Positions 44,683 to 54,866 of a stretch of 64,000 nucleotides of DNA are shown here, one piece after another (positions within the stretch are counted from its first letter, which is position 1; every line of letters begins with the position of its first letter). This stretch comes from a virus, in IMG/VR virus record IMGVR_UViG_3300029790_000003; one strand, written 5' to 3'. A program made the translations under genes and the position numbers. The notes under the pieces are model-generated. The model was not told the DNA's origin. It saw only the letters and a program-made list of their open reading frames with translations, and searched no databases.

Positions 44683-45439
44683 AGCCTTGTGTAGCTATGT
44701 GCGGCTATGCCTTATTTGCGTACCTTTCCAACAGGCGCATTATGTCCTCTTATGTGCGTAGCTTGTACAGGCTTCCCGGTGATCTGTCGCAGCTGTCCGG
44801 GTTATATATCAATTATTGTTGTATGGCGCTGTATTTGCCATTTTAAGGCGTTTTATAATCGTAGTCAATAAAGTATAGGCTAAATACGTTACAAGCTATT
44901 TAAGGCTTATTTTGCAAGAGTATTATTGTATTTTAACGCCACGTTATATGTTACTTGTTGCTATGGCCTATTATCTGTGGGCGGTTGGTTCTGGTCTGCC
45001 AGGTCTACGGCTGGCTGTCGTCTTTGTTGATATTCAATCATTCCCGGAATCGTCACGGCTTCATCAGCTTGGCGCGGTATCGGCTCCCGGTGCTGCCCCT
45101 GGTTGATTTTGTGGCAATGGAAAACCGCAGTTGTTCAAAACTTCAATAGTGCAACTAACTTGTGGATGATTCCTAAATTCTAACATTATTTTGGCAACAA
45201 AAAATCAAGGAAATCCAGAAAAAAGTGGCAACCAGAAAAAATCTCGCATTTTCTAGTTACCACTTAAATTTTAATTTTGCACAAATATTTCTATAGCGTA
45301 AAGTTCCAAATAATTCAAAATTCACAATTTGTTTAATCCTTCTTTCTTCCGTGTTCCATATCTTCTGTAGGATGATTTCTCTAAACGTTCCGTCCTCTTC
45401 ATTTGGGACTTGGAAAGTTTCTTCTTTCTCTGGTAATTA

Positions 45440-46120
45440 TCAGTCGTTGTTCCCATTCACGCACTCCTTGTTAATCTTCTGATTCCTGGTTTCAAAGTTT
45501 ATAATTTCCGTGTCTGTTTCCAATTCTTCCGGGATTCTTCCAACAATGATAACTCGCAGCGGCTTCAATCTGCGTTCCATTTCCTTGAAACCAACGCAAA
45601 ACTCCAACCGTGCTGCCTTGCTCTTTACTCTTCCATTGGTGCAACAGGCAACTGTGCTTCCCTCTGGTAGCCCATCAAAGCACCAGTCCCAACAGTATTC
45701 TGGTAATATGTTTACGTTCGGAATTACTGGAATATCATTCAAGATCATGTAGTGAGACAATGCATGATTGCGGTATTTATTCCACAGGCACATAGCTAAC
45801 GGCATTCCATTCTTGCCAACCGATATGCTGAAATCTGGCATAATGACTGCATGAAAACATTTTAAATGCTCCATATACTTGTCTGGCTGATTCCATAATC
45901 TTTGAAACTGTACATCGTCCACATAGAAATTTACATCCAGTTCCCGGTGGTTCTTAATCTTCCGGCTAAAGCTCTCCGCAAAGTCTACAGTATCTTTTCC
46001 AGGATGGATAAAAGTCTTTGGGATTTTCGGGATTTCGTACTTACCATCAAGGTCTGCATCCGTGATTAAAAATTCTTTCATTACGTCATAAGCTGTATGT
46101 ATCATTGATTCCACTCCCAT
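45440..46120 (-). CDS. Hypothetical protein (226 aa) immediately downstream of the integrase
   Basis: ORF only; Cys/His/Trp-rich. Confidence 0.5.
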   Translation of the reverse strand: MGVESMIHTAYDVMKEFLITDADLDGKYEIPKIPKTFIHPGKDTVDFAESFSRKIKNHRELDVNFYVDDVQFQRLWNQPDKYMEHLKCFHAVIMPDFSISVGKNGMPLAMCLWNKYRNHALSHYMILNDIPVIPNVNILPEYCWDWCFDGLPEGSTVACCTNGRVKSKAARLEFCVGFKEMERRLKPLRVIIVGRIPEELETDTEIINFETRNQKINKECVNGNND

Positions 46121-46128
46121 TTTTTCTC

Positions 46129-47841
46129 TTATAGTGCTAAAAGGTACTTATATTTGAAAAATACCATATCTTGTGTCTTAATGCAAGTTTTCCTACTAAA
46201 TATCTTGTGTTGTTCTGAATGTAGAGTAAAAATCATATCGTCAGAACGGCGCAAGGGAAACCCCCATTTTTCAAGGCTTCCAGACCTCAATTGAAATGTT
46301 AGTGTTGCACATGTAACCGCCAACGGTTCAACGGTAATTTTCTCAAAAAGTTCATTAACAATCTGTCTGTTAATATCTTGTGGAGTAACACCTTTGAACT
46401 TTTCTAGCTGTTCTTTAATAGCACTTAATTGTATTTCTACTGGCTCTGGACTTTTGGTATTTTGGATTTCTAGAATATGACTCTCAATCTGCTTTATCTG
46501 CTTCACGTATTCTTTATTTCTTGAAATAAATTCATCATCAGATATTTTTCCATCCAGATTATATTCCAGTATTTTTTCACGTTTTTGTTTTAACAGATCA
46601 ATCTGTTTTTCAAGTCGTGAGATTTCGTTTTTATTGTCTGGAATGTTTTTGATCGAGGACTGCAAAATTTCAAAATATTCCTCCAAAATGCTGTCAATAT
46701 TTTCAGAAGATTTATTTATCAATTCTGCAATTATTTCTTTCAGTTCTGATTCTGCCAGCCCGAACGAATTGCAAGAAGCTGCTCCGTTTTTTATTTTATA
46801 GCTGCACACCCATCGAACATCCTCTTTTCCTCTGATATAATGTTGCTTCATCCAGTATGGTGCTCCGTCATTTGCGCAGAAAAGTTTTCCAGTGAAAATA
46901 TTTTCGCTTTTAAAAGAGGTTCTTCTTGATTTTATGGCTTCTCCACGCTCTCTTAAATATGCGTTTGCCTTTTCCCAGGTAGCTTCATCAATGATCTGCG
47001 GTACTCTTGAACCATCATCCTTAAACATTATCCATTCTGACTGCGGAAGAAATTCTTGTTTCTTGGTGAACATATCGACAACCTTTACTTTTCCTCCACA
47101 ATAGTATCCTTTGTATTTTGGATTCCGAATAATATTTTTTATGACATCCCGGTTGATTTTCCCACCTTTGAAACTTCTGTATCCCATATCCCAGAGCTTT
47201 TTTTCGATTCTTGGCGTAGATATTCCGGAAGCGTAATCTTGAAAAATCATTCGAACCATGTCCGCTTCTTCTGGAACCAGTTCGAGCTTTCCTTGATTGT
47301 TTGAGTATCCATACATTCTGTGCCCGAGAACAACACCATTTTTGATTGACTGTGCGTGTCCAAATTTTACTCTTGAAGAAAGCTTGCGGATTTCGTCCTG
47401 CGCTACCCCAGCCATAATAGTAAGTCGGAACTCACTATCATCATCAATAGTGTTAATTCCATCGTTTTGGAACCACACGCATACGCCATAAGATAACAAT
47501 TCCCTGGTATATTGGATGCTGTCAAGAGTATTTCGTGCAAATCTTGAAATTTCTTTCGTAATAATCATGTCAATTTTTCCGAGCTTTGCATCTCTGAGCA
47601 TTCTTTGAAATTCTTCTCTTTTATCCGCATGTATTCCAGAAATACCATCATCAATGTAAGAACCAGCAAACTTCCATCTGTTGTTAGAATGTATCAGATC
47701 TTCAAAATGTTCCTCCTGGTGCTTAATGGATGCTTGCTGTTCAACTTTTTCAGTAGAAACCCTGGCATAATAAGCAACATTTAGTTCAATGTCGTAAATA
47801 GAGCAATTTCTTAATTTTTCTCTGACATAATAAATATTCAT
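46129..47841 (-). CDS. Large serine recombinase (phage integrase, ~570 aa)
   Basis: Start MNIYYV (RBS AAGGGAG); YYARVSTEKVEQQ catalytic motif; recombinase domain, zinc-ribbon cysteines and a long C-terminal coiled coil. Confidence 0.85.
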   Translation of the reverse strand: MNIYYVREKLRNCSIYDIELNVAYYARVSTEKVEQQASIKHQEEHFEDLIHSNNRWKFAGSYIDDGISGIHADKREEFQRMLRDAKLGKIDMIITKEISRFARNTLDSIQYTRELLSYGVCVWFQNDGINTIDDDSEFRLTIMAGVAQDEIRKLSSRVKFGHAQSIKNGVVLGHRMYGYSNNQGKLELVPEEADMVRMIFQDYASGISTPRIEKKLWDMGYRSFKGGKINRDVIKNIIRNPKYKGYYCGGKVKVVDMFTKKQEFLPQSEWIMFKDDGSRVPQIIDEATWEKANAYLRERGEAIKSRRTSFKSENIFTGKLFCANDGAPYWMKQHYIRGKEDVRWVCSYKIKNGAASCNSFGLAESELKEIIAELINKSSENIDSILEEYFEILQSSIKNIPDNKNEISRLEKQIDLLKQKREKILEYNLDGKISDDEFISRNKEYVKQIKQIESHILEIQNTKSPEPVEIQLSAIKEQLEKFKGVTPQDINRQIVNELFEKITVEPLAVTCATLTFQLRSGSLEKWGFPLRRSDDMIFTLHSEQHKIFSRKTCIKTQDMVFFKYKYLLAL

Positions 47842-47922
47842 AGTGCATTTCTCCCTTAATAAACAGGGAGTGGAATCATATAAAGTATAACACCTCATAT
47901 AAATCCACTCAATACATTGTCG

Positions 47923-48108
47923 TTACTTTCTAATGCTGATTTCAGCTTTAATTTTATCTCTTGTTTTCTCATCTATCAGACCAAGTGAGAACATTCTTTC
48001 GTTTATGGCATACAATATAGCTTTTTCCATTAATTGTCCCTCCATATAATTATCTCGTTTTAAGCGCTGTTTTTCTTTATCTTTTGTATGCCCTATAATT
48101 TCTACCAT
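47923..48108 (-). CDS. Hypothetical protein (61 aa)
   Basis: ORF only. Confidence 0.35.
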   Translation of the reverse strand: MVEIIGHTKDKEKQRLKRDNYMEGQLMEKAILYAINERMFSLGLIDEKTRDKIKAEISIRK

Positions 48109-48159
48109 TATTCTCTTTTGAACGATTCTGCACTATTTTAAGTATACAATTATCACGTT

Positions 48160-48372
48160 TTACAACAAATCAAAGATGTTTACCTGTCCATCAATCAGAG
48201 ATTTTTCCAGGTTGTAAAATTTACAGGCTATATAATCTGGGTTCCAATCAATTTCCAGTTCGTATTGTAAACACCGCGGATGCTTACCACCACGGAAGAA
48301 TCTGCATTCCGAACAGGTATGCTGATAAGCTGTACCTCCAGATCGCTTATACATTTCGCTTATCTTCCTCAT
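48160..48372 (-). CDS. Small zinc-finger protein (70 aa)
   Basis: CSECRFF...HPRCLQ. Confidence 0.4.
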   Translation of the reverse strand: MRKISEMYKRSGGTAYQHTCSECRFFRGGKHPRCLQYELEIDWNPDYIACKFYNLEKSLIDGQVNIFDLL

Positions 48373-48611
48373 AGAATCACTCGCTTTACTCTTGACTTTC
48401 CTCTCGCTTTCTTCTTGAAGATACCATTTTTAACACAATCCCTCGGATCACATCCTCTGCTATGTTCTTCAATCAAGATATAATCACAGGTTGCATTTGT
48501 ACTCCATGCATTTTCGCTCTTGCTGTAATAGTCGCATTTCGAGCATTGTCTCCGCTTTAAGACTATAATTTCAGTGCTTTTTAATTCTCTCCATGGTTTT
48601 CTATCTGGCAA
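48369..48611 (-). CDS. Small Cys-rich protein (80 aa)
   Basis: CSKCDYY...CDY...RGCDPRDC. Confidence 0.4.
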   Translation of the reverse strand: MPDRKPWRELKSTEIIVLKRRQCSKCDYYSKSENAWSTNATCDYILIEEHSRGCDPRDCVKNGIFKKKARGKSRVKRVIL

Positions 48612-49135
48612 TTTTCAGCACCTCCCAATCTGGCAGTATCTATAATTTTTAAAAGGTCTGGACTTAGTTTTCTTCGTTCTTGTTCTCTTTGCACTTCTGC
48701 CCGATACGTCCTTTGAAAATTTGATTGAACTACACTCCACCATGTACCATCTACATTTTCAGATACCGCCCATTCTCTAAGTTGTGCCGGACTTGATACT
48801 GCTTTCTGAATGATTTTTGGAAGCTTATCAAACTCTGTTTCTGCGTTATATGTAGAGTTCTGAATAGCTTTGCATACCTTTTCCCAGGCTTCTGTTTCAT
48901 TCAGCTCTTCCTTTTGCGGTGCAACGCTTTGTGCGCATTGCCTTAATGCGGCTATTGATGGCTCTTTCCATTCCGTCTGCATATATTTCTTTAATCCGAA
49001 ACTTAAAAGCTTGTAATCCAGGTCTTTCAGTAATCCGTACCAAGTATCAAAAGCATATTGATCTGGCAGAAATGCTGGGGAAGTGTACACAGCTTTCATT
49101 GCCTTTACCAGTACCGCCCATTCTTCTCTTGTCAT
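48581..49135 (-). CDS. Replication-associated hypothetical protein (184 aa)
   Basis: Directly downstream of the replisome organizer. Confidence 0.45.
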   Translation of the reverse strand: MTREEWAVLVKAMKAVYTSPAFLPDQYAFDTWYGLLKDLDYKLLSFGLKKYMQTEWKEPSIAALRQCAQSVAPQKEELNETEAWEKVCKAIQNSTYNAETEFDKLPKIIQKAVSSPAQLREWAVSENVDGTWWSVVQSNFQRTYRAEVQREQERRKLSPDLLKIIDTARLGGAENCQIENHGEN

Positions 49136-50040
49136 ACCCAGTTATCCACCTCGCTTACCCTGTTTTGTATTTTCTCCATGTAACTTTGAGGCTTGTTACC
49201 GGATTTATCAAGATAGTTCCCTTCAAATACCTTCGCAAAGTTACCGGGCTTTAAGAACCAATCGAAAGTTATCATCCAACCTTCTTTGTTCTGGCCTTGT
49301 AAGAAGCTGCTATGGCGAATGTTTTCAATGGCTTCTAAGATATCGTCCATATGGTTCTGACGGATTCTGGCTTTCACTGCTTGTTCTCGTTTTGATGTCA
49401 TTCTTTTTACAGGGTTAATACCAAATTCTTCCAGAGTATTCCATTCATCAATGATTCGTTGGACGTCAGTCTGACGAATAGTATCTTTAGATACTATTAA
49501 ATCATTTATATCTTTTTCTTTATCTTTATCTAATTCTGTATCTAAATCTAATTCTAAATCTTTATCTAAACCTATATCTTTATCTGAGTGCGTCTTTCGT
49601 TCGTCTATTTTGCGTCTTTTCTGCGTCTGCCTGTTTGAACGCTCTATTAGTTTGGTATCATCAATAGAATTTCCATTTGTCAGTGAGTAACTTCCGTTAT
49701 CTTTCAATAGCAGTTTCTTTTTTTCATCAGTGTATGAAGTTTCTATATATCTGTCTCTGGACAGGGTGTTGTGCATTCTCCAATGTTTAATAACGATCAC
49801 GCCATCATCAAACAAGATAACAAATCTCTTGGCAATTAGAAGCTTCAAATCATCATCATTCGCTCCTATTATTTTTTCAATCCTCTTTGGGTTTCCAATA
49901 AATCCATCATCGTCAGCTCTCATGTTTAGATGAAAATAAAGACATTGTGTTGATAACGGCATATCAAGGAAAGCATCTGTATCAACAATTTTCATTGTGA
50001 ACATTCTTTTATTTGCCAATTTTGAAATTCCTTTCTCCAA
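49132..50040 (-). CDS. Phage replisome organizer (N-terminal Phage_rep_org_N-like) with internal origin iterons
   Basis: FTMKIVDTDAFLDMPLSTQCLYFHLNMRADDDGFIGNPKRIEKI.. N-terminal domain; the iteron DNA encodes DKDLELDLDTELDKDKEKD. Confidence 0.65.
   Translation of the reverse strand: MEKGISKLANKRMFTMKIVDTDAFLDMPLSTQCLYFHLNMRADDDGFIGNPKRIEKIIGANDDDLKLLIAKRFVILFDDGVIVIKHWRMHNTLSRDRYIETSYTDEKKKLLLKDNGSYSLTNGNSIDDTKLIERSNRQTQKRRKIDERKTHSDKDIGLDKDLELDLDTELDKDKEKDINDLIVSKDTIRQTDVQRIIDEWNTLEEFGINPVKRMTSKREQAVKARIRQNHMDDILEAIENIRHSSFLQGQNKEGWMITFDWFLKPGNFAKVFEGNYLDKSGNKPQSYMEKIQNRVSEVDNWV
49509..49629. repeat. Iteron array, copy B (putative origin inside the replisome-organizer gene)
   Basis: Short (T)ATCT(A/T)AAnC units and tgcgtct repeats; homologous to copy A at 10111-10217. 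Confidence 0.65.
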
Positions 50041-50062
50041 TTCCTGGATTTTTCAAAAGTGT

Positions 50063-51184
50063 TTATCTCAATTCAACTTCAATTCCATTGATTTTCAGTT
50101 CTCCATTTACCGGAACCACAAGAGATGGAACGCCGTTTATTTCTTTCAATTCAATCAGAGAAATTTTATCCGGCTGAATGCAGATTGTTGCATCTGATGT
50201 TAAAATTTTTGCAGTTTTTGAATTATGGATATTGTCAAGGGCGACAGGCTCATTGCTGAAATACATTTCCCAGTTTTCCTTGAAATCCGATAACTTCTCG
50301 TCTGGAACTCCGCAATATCCAAAAATCTGTTCCATTTCATCACATGATACAGTTATCATCTCTGGGCTGTCTTTCTTCTGTTCTCTTACTTCCTGTAAAG
50401 ATTCAACCAGGCTTTCAGTGAAATTAAATGTTGTGCATCCTTCGAAATTATCCATAATAAAATCTGAAAAGACATTGATCTCATTGCCAGGTATACGTGG
50501 AATTGATGTGCCAAGAACGTTTTCGATAAAGTCTGGATGAATATTCTTTATGTTTTTGTTAAAATACAAGGTTCCATGAATATCAGTGCTTCTGTCATTA
50601 AATACCGGGAATAAGAATCCTGTTTCTGGTCTTGAGACTACCCAATCACGAATTCTGTCTTTGATGTTATTTTCAGCCACATCATAGCTAAGCCCAGCCT
50701 TTGAAAGATTCACCGGGCAAATGCTGCACAGAATGTGTTCATAAATTTCTTCTGAGGCATCGTGCATTTCGGTTCCATCAGAAGTTTTTCCGGGAATGTC
50801 ATATACTGCATGAATGAGAACTATGTAGTAATTTTCTGGATAATCGTAATTTTCAATCACTTTGTCGTAAAACTCATCCAAAAGATCATCATCTTTAAGC
50901 TTACTTGCTCTGATCCGCATAAGAAATTCCTGTGTTCCACCCTCTTTTTCCTGTGCTAATGGGAATTCAAGATTCATAAGGCTTTTTCCAAGTCTGCCAG
51001 ACATGGTTTTCTTGAAAATGTCAAAATACTTAAACATTTCTTCCTCTGGAAGGGAAAGGAAAGCTTCTTTAATTTTGGTTTTCTTATTTTTTTCTGCATC
51101 CACATAACAACCACAAATACGTGTGATTGCACAATTGGCTGGCGTAAACTGCTTCTTGATCTCTGCGATTTCTTTCTTATTCAT
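50063..51184 (-). CDS. DUF4317-like protein (373 aa)
   Basis: MNKKEIAEIKKQF.. N-terminus recalled from the DUF4317 family; uncertain. Confidence 0.4.
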   Translation of the reverse strand: MNKKEIAEIKKQFTPANCAITRICGCYVDAEKNKKTKIKEAFLSLPEEEMFKYFDIFKKTMSGRLGKSLMNLEFPLAQEKEGGTQEFLMRIRASKLKDDDLLDEFYDKVIENYDYPENYYIVLIHAVYDIPGKTSDGTEMHDASEEIYEHILCSICPVNLSKAGLSYDVAENNIKDRIRDWVVSRPETGFLFPVFNDRSTDIHGTLYFNKNIKNIHPDFIENVLGTSIPRIPGNEINVFSDFIMDNFEGCTTFNFTESLVESLQEVREQKKDSPEMITVSCDEMEQIFGYCGVPDEKLSDFKENWEMYFSNEPVALDNIHNSKTAKILTSDATICIQPDKISLIELKEINGVPSLVVPVNGELKINGIEVELR

Positions 51185-51713
51185 GCTTTTCCATCCTTTC
51201 TACTTCTCTCGCCTGTTTCTTCTCAATCCACTTATTAATTTTCTCATCGGAAATCATGTACATTTGCTTTAACATTTCGATGCAGATCAACACATCTGCA
51301 ATTTCTTCTATCATGTTATCACGGTTGATTTTTCCACGTTTCGCCTTACTGATTGCTTGGATAAGCTCGGCACATTCTTCCATGCAGACGGTACTCTGAT
51401 TGTCCATGCCGTAATGTTGAATACTGTTTGATATAATTTTTCTGTCAATTCTGTATTTTATTTCTGTGCTAGATTTTTCCTCTTCTACCAGTTCGAAATA
51501 TTTTTCTTTATATGCCAAGACAATCTCAAAAGAATATGAGCTATATCCTATGCGGTAATCATCTTCACCAACATTTTTGTATTTTATCGAATAGTACGGT
51601 TTTCCGTCAAAAACCTCGAAAACCAATTCCAAATCAGTTACTTTTTCTTTTTCAATTTTTTCTTCTTTTTCACTTCTTGCAGAAACATTTTCTAAATTAT
51701 CCATCATTTTCAT
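51177..51713 (-). CDS. MazG-like nucleotide pyrophosphohydrolase domain protein
   Basis: C-terminal EECAELIQAISK..RGK..EEIADVLICIEML matches MazG helices; start likely MKMMDNL. Confidence 0.5.
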   Translation of the reverse strand: MKMMDNLENVSARSEKEEKIEKEKVTDLELVFEVFDGKPYYSIKYKNVGEDDYRIGYSSYSFEIVLAYKEKYFELVEEEKSSTEIKYRIDRKIISNSIQHYGMDNQSTVCMEECAELIQAISKAKRGKINRDNMIEEIADVLICIEMLKQMYMISDEKINKWIEKKQAREVERMEKHE

Positions 51714-52203
51714 CCACCTTAATAAATGCCATCCAATGTGTTTTTCCCTGTTTGCCAGATCTATTGTCGTACAATGGTTCTGCCCCAATAGCCGTAATAA
51801 CATCCTTTACAGGAATCTGTGTTTCATTCCACTTAAAAATCAATGTCCCGTAAGGCTTCAGTACACGCATGCACTCAGAAAAACCATCATGTAACATTCG
51901 TTTCCATGTATCCTTGTTGAGCTTTCCATACTTCTTTACCATCCAGGCATTGTCCCCACCTTGGATAAGATGCGGTGGGTCAAACACAACATGGTAAAAT
52001 GTATTATCCTCAAACGGGAGGCATGTGAAGTCCGCTATAATATCTGGATGGATGTTGCAATATCTTGTTACTTTTCCGTCTCCGCTTGTCCATATTGCTT
52101 CGTTATCCAGTTCGCGTTTGTCAACGAAAACAGCCAGTTCATTATTTTTGTTGAACCAAATCATTCTTGAACCACATGTAGCGTCCAGAACAGGTTTATC
52201 CAT
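51697..52203 (-). CDS. Phage Dam-type N6-adenine DNA methyltransferase (168 aa)
   Basis: LDATCGS (motif I-like) and VVFDPPH (DPPY-type motif IV). Confidence 0.55.
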   Translation of the reverse strand: MDKPVLDATCGSRMIWFNKNNELAVFVDKRELDNEAIWTSGDGKVTRYCNIHPDIIADFTCLPFEDNTFYHVVFDPPHLIQGGDNAWMVKKYGKLNKDTWKRMLHDGFSECMRVLKPYGTLIFKWNETQIPVKDVITAIGAEPLYDNRSGKQGKTHWMAFIKVDENDG

Positions 52204-52280
52204 TTTCCTTCATCTCCTATCCAAAAAGTTTTCCACAAATTACACATCTGTATATATGCCCTCTTCTGCGAGAGTGATAT

Positions 52281-52784
52281 TTAATCCATTGATGACTGTG
52301 CATTCTTCATCTCCTCCAATTTCCTTGCAGTTTTTCTATAATCTCTATTTGCTGACCGGAACATCATCAGAAGAATTTCAGATACAGGTCTTGTTCTGTA
52401 TCTCCTCACTGCTCTCTTGATGCATGAAAGCTCACTTCCGTCTGGTATGTAAACCCCTACAGAATACGGAATTTCCAGAGATATTTTTGCATATACATCT
52501 TGCGGCATAACTAAATAGTTGAAATCGCCAATGAAATTTAACCCGTGTCCAGATTTGAAATCTTCAACAGACGACTTAATTTCATAGCAGTAGCAATCCG
52601 CTTTTTCTATTCCAGAAACGCTATTATTTGCTGGAACAAATTTCATGTAGTCCACTCTGATTGCATGATCTGTATAGTAATCAAATGTAACTTCTCGTGC
52701 CCAATAAATACGTGGATCATTATGCGGATTAATTTTCTTTTCAACCATGGCTGATAATTTTGCCGTAATCTCAGGTCTTGTCAT
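52281..52784 (-). CDS. Hypothetical protein (167 aa), possible PD-(D/E)xK-like
   Basis: ORF; D..CYEIK spacing only. Confidence 0.4.
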   Translation of the reverse strand: MTRPEITAKLSAMVEKKINPHNDPRIYWAREVTFDYYTDHAIRVDYMKFVPANNSVSGIEKADCYCYEIKSSVEDFKSGHGLNFIGDFNYLVMPQDVYAKISLEIPYSVGVYIPDGSELSCIKRAVRRYRTRPVSEILLMMFRSANRDYRKTARKLEEMKNAQSSMD

Positions 52785-53052
52785 TTCCCAGCTCCTCCAA
52801 CTTCTTCTCTATCGGATTAATAATCTCTTCCAATACCTGCTGTTCATAATTTTCTTTCCAGATTTTTTCTCTTTTCCAAAATTGGATTTTCATAATCTCA
52901 TTTATTAAATTAATACACGCTATTGCTTCTAACATTCCCCAACATCCATCACAGGCTCTTTCATTGCACCAGTTTATAAATTCTTTAAATTTCATTTTTG
53001 AGTTCCTCCAACTTATTTTCAGCTTCTTCACGGGTGAGGAATACCACAACAT
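52771..53052 (-). CDS. Hypothetical protein (93 aa)
   Basis: ORF only. Confidence 0.4.
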   Translation of the reverse strand: MLWYSSPVKKLKISWRNSKMKFKEFINWCNERACDGCWGMLEAIACINLINEIMKIQFWKREKIWKENYEQQVLEEIINPIEKKLEELGNDKT

Positions 53053-53371
53053 TCAATTCTCCAAGCCATTCATCCTCGTTCGCCCATAAAAACCATCTGC
53101 CGTCTTTTCCGTATTCAATTCCGCTTACCACGTTTTTTCGAATACCCATGCCATATATATCCCATACAGTTGTGCCAATAGGACACGGAAATCTCACAAG
53201 CAAGCCCTGTTCTTCTAAGTCTTCATAAGTGGCGAGTTTTTTAATCATATTCTTTACTGTTTTGCAATTTCCTGCACCCTGTGAGCAATTATCGCAATAT
53301 GAACTGCACATAATGCTTCGGCGTTCGTTATATGTGATTCTTGAAAAATCTCTTTTTGTTAATCTCTCCAT
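52985..53371 (-). CDS. Cys-rich hypothetical protein (128 aa)
   Basis: ORF only. Confidence 0.4.
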   Translation of the reverse strand: MERLTKRDFSRITYNERRSIMCSSYCDNCSQGAGNCKTVKNMIKKLATYEDLEEQGLLVRFPCPIGTTVWDIYGMGIRKNVVSGIEYGKDGRWFLWANEDEWLGELNVVVFLTREEAENKLEELKNEI

Positions 53372-54256
53372 CTATTTCACCTCCTTTGTTTTCTCCTCTA
53401 GGCAATGTTTCAGTGCATGCATTACTGTATAATCCAGTATGTTTATCTCTTCGGGCTTGTTTTCTTTTCTGTAATTGTATTTGAATATTTCGCTTTCCAA
53501 CGCTGCTGATATTTTTAATGGTTCCAAAGGATTTTCAATATCATCAAGATATTGCATCTCCATTTTCTCTTTATAAGCTCTTAGCTCTTTCAGTTCTTCC
53601 AGTAATTCTGCAATATCTTTCAGCCAGAATAATTCCCCATCTTCAAAACAACAACCATATTCATTCTGGTTATACGGACATGCCACTGCTTCTTTTCCAC
53701 TGATGTAATCTTTTAAATTTTCTCCGGTTCCGCAAACAATGCGTTTATGCTCGTCATCGTCCATATGCATGAAGTTTTCGTGATCTGCATAGCAATCACC
53801 CTCGACATCTTGGCTGGCAACGCATTTAAGTGCCTTTATCATATCGTCAAGTGTTATCTTTTCCATCATTCTGCCCCCCTTTGCTTCTTGATATATAATT
53901 GCCATATTGAAATCACTTCTAATGAACCTTAATGTCAGTTTATGATTTACAGCATTTCCAAGTTGATCGTAAATCCAGTACATATCCTCTTGGTCAAAGT
54001 TTGTACCCAGATATCTGTTAAGGCTTGATATCAGTTGTTCTCTCCATTCATTATTTCTTTTGTGCGAACTGTACGGCTCTCCTTTTGCCATTGGCCTTGA
54101 ACACCATTCAAGTAGCTTGCAGATAATATCTTCTTTATCGGTACAATTCTTTGCTGTGAAATATACGTTTCCTTTTTCGGAAAGAATTATTTCCCCAAAT
54201 CTGTTTATGTAGCTCCCGGGGAAGCATTCCATAAGACCGAAAATTTCATCAGTCAT
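53372..54256 (-). CDS. Hypothetical protein (294 aa)
   Basis: ORF only. Confidence 0.5.
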   Translation of the reverse strand: MTDEIFGLMECFPGSYINRFGEIILSEKGNVYFTAKNCTDKEDIICKLLEWCSRPMAKGEPYSSHKRNNEWREQLISSLNRYLGTNFDQEDMYWIYDQLGNAVNHKLTLRFIRSDFNMAIIYQEAKGGRMMEKITLDDMIKALKCVASQDVEGDCYADHENFMHMDDDEHKRIVCGTGENLKDYISGKEAVACPYNQNEYGCCFEDGELFWLKDIAELLEELKELRAYKEKMEMQYLDDIENPLEPLKISAALESEIFKYNYRKENKPEEINILDYTVMHALKHCLEEKTKEVK

Positions 54257-54703
54257 CTACTTCACCTCTTCCATCTGACTTTCTACGGTATCTGCAAGTA
54301 GCTTCAAGGACTTAATAAATGAGTCCGTCAAAGTTGTTCTATCTGGGTATTTAGCGAACGTTCTGACAAGTTTTACTGCATCCTTGATTTTTTTTTCATC
54401 TTCGACGATTTTGGATGCTTCAAGCAATTCCTTTTCAAAGCTGTAAGTAGCGATCTTATTATCGTAAAAAATCAATATGTTTGGAAATGGAATTTCAATA
54501 TGGTTTAAATGGTTTTCTCTCGCCCATTTGAATCCCTGAAACCTTGCTATTTTCAGAACACTCAAATATTCTTCCTGTGTTCTTACAAATACGCTTTTTC
54601 CTGTTAAATCAATCATCAAAATTTCCTCCTGTAATCTCATCAATACACTGGTTCCATCCTTCTGCAAAGCCGGTATCAGACGTATTAGCCGGATAATCTC
54701 CAT
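54257..54703 (-). CDS. Hypothetical protein (148 aa)
   Basis: ORF only. Confidence 0.45.
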   Translation of the reverse strand: MEIIRLIRLIPALQKDGTSVLMRLQEEILMIDLTGKSVFVRTQEEYLSVLKIARFQGFKWARENHLNHIEIPFPNILIFYDNKIATYSFEKELLEASKIVEDEKKIKDAVKLVRTFAKYPDRTTLTDSFIKSLKLLADTVESQMEEVK

Positions 54704-54866
54704 TGTATTTCTCTGGTAAATCCATAAGCGGACACCAATCAGGCTTTGCGCTTAAGTCTTCGATATATCTACAATTTATTTTACAAAAAGAATGGAATAT
54801 TCCACCGTGTAAAACACATGATTCACAATCTTCTGGTGTTTCCATCACTACTACTGATTTATTCAT
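54609..54866 (-). CDS. Cys-rich small protein (85 aa)
   Basis: ORF only. Confidence 0.35.
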   Translation of the reverse strand: MNKSVVVMETPEDCESCVLHGGIFHSFCKINCRYIEDLSAKPDWCPLMDLPEKYNGDYPANTSDTGFAEGWNQCIDEITGGNFDD

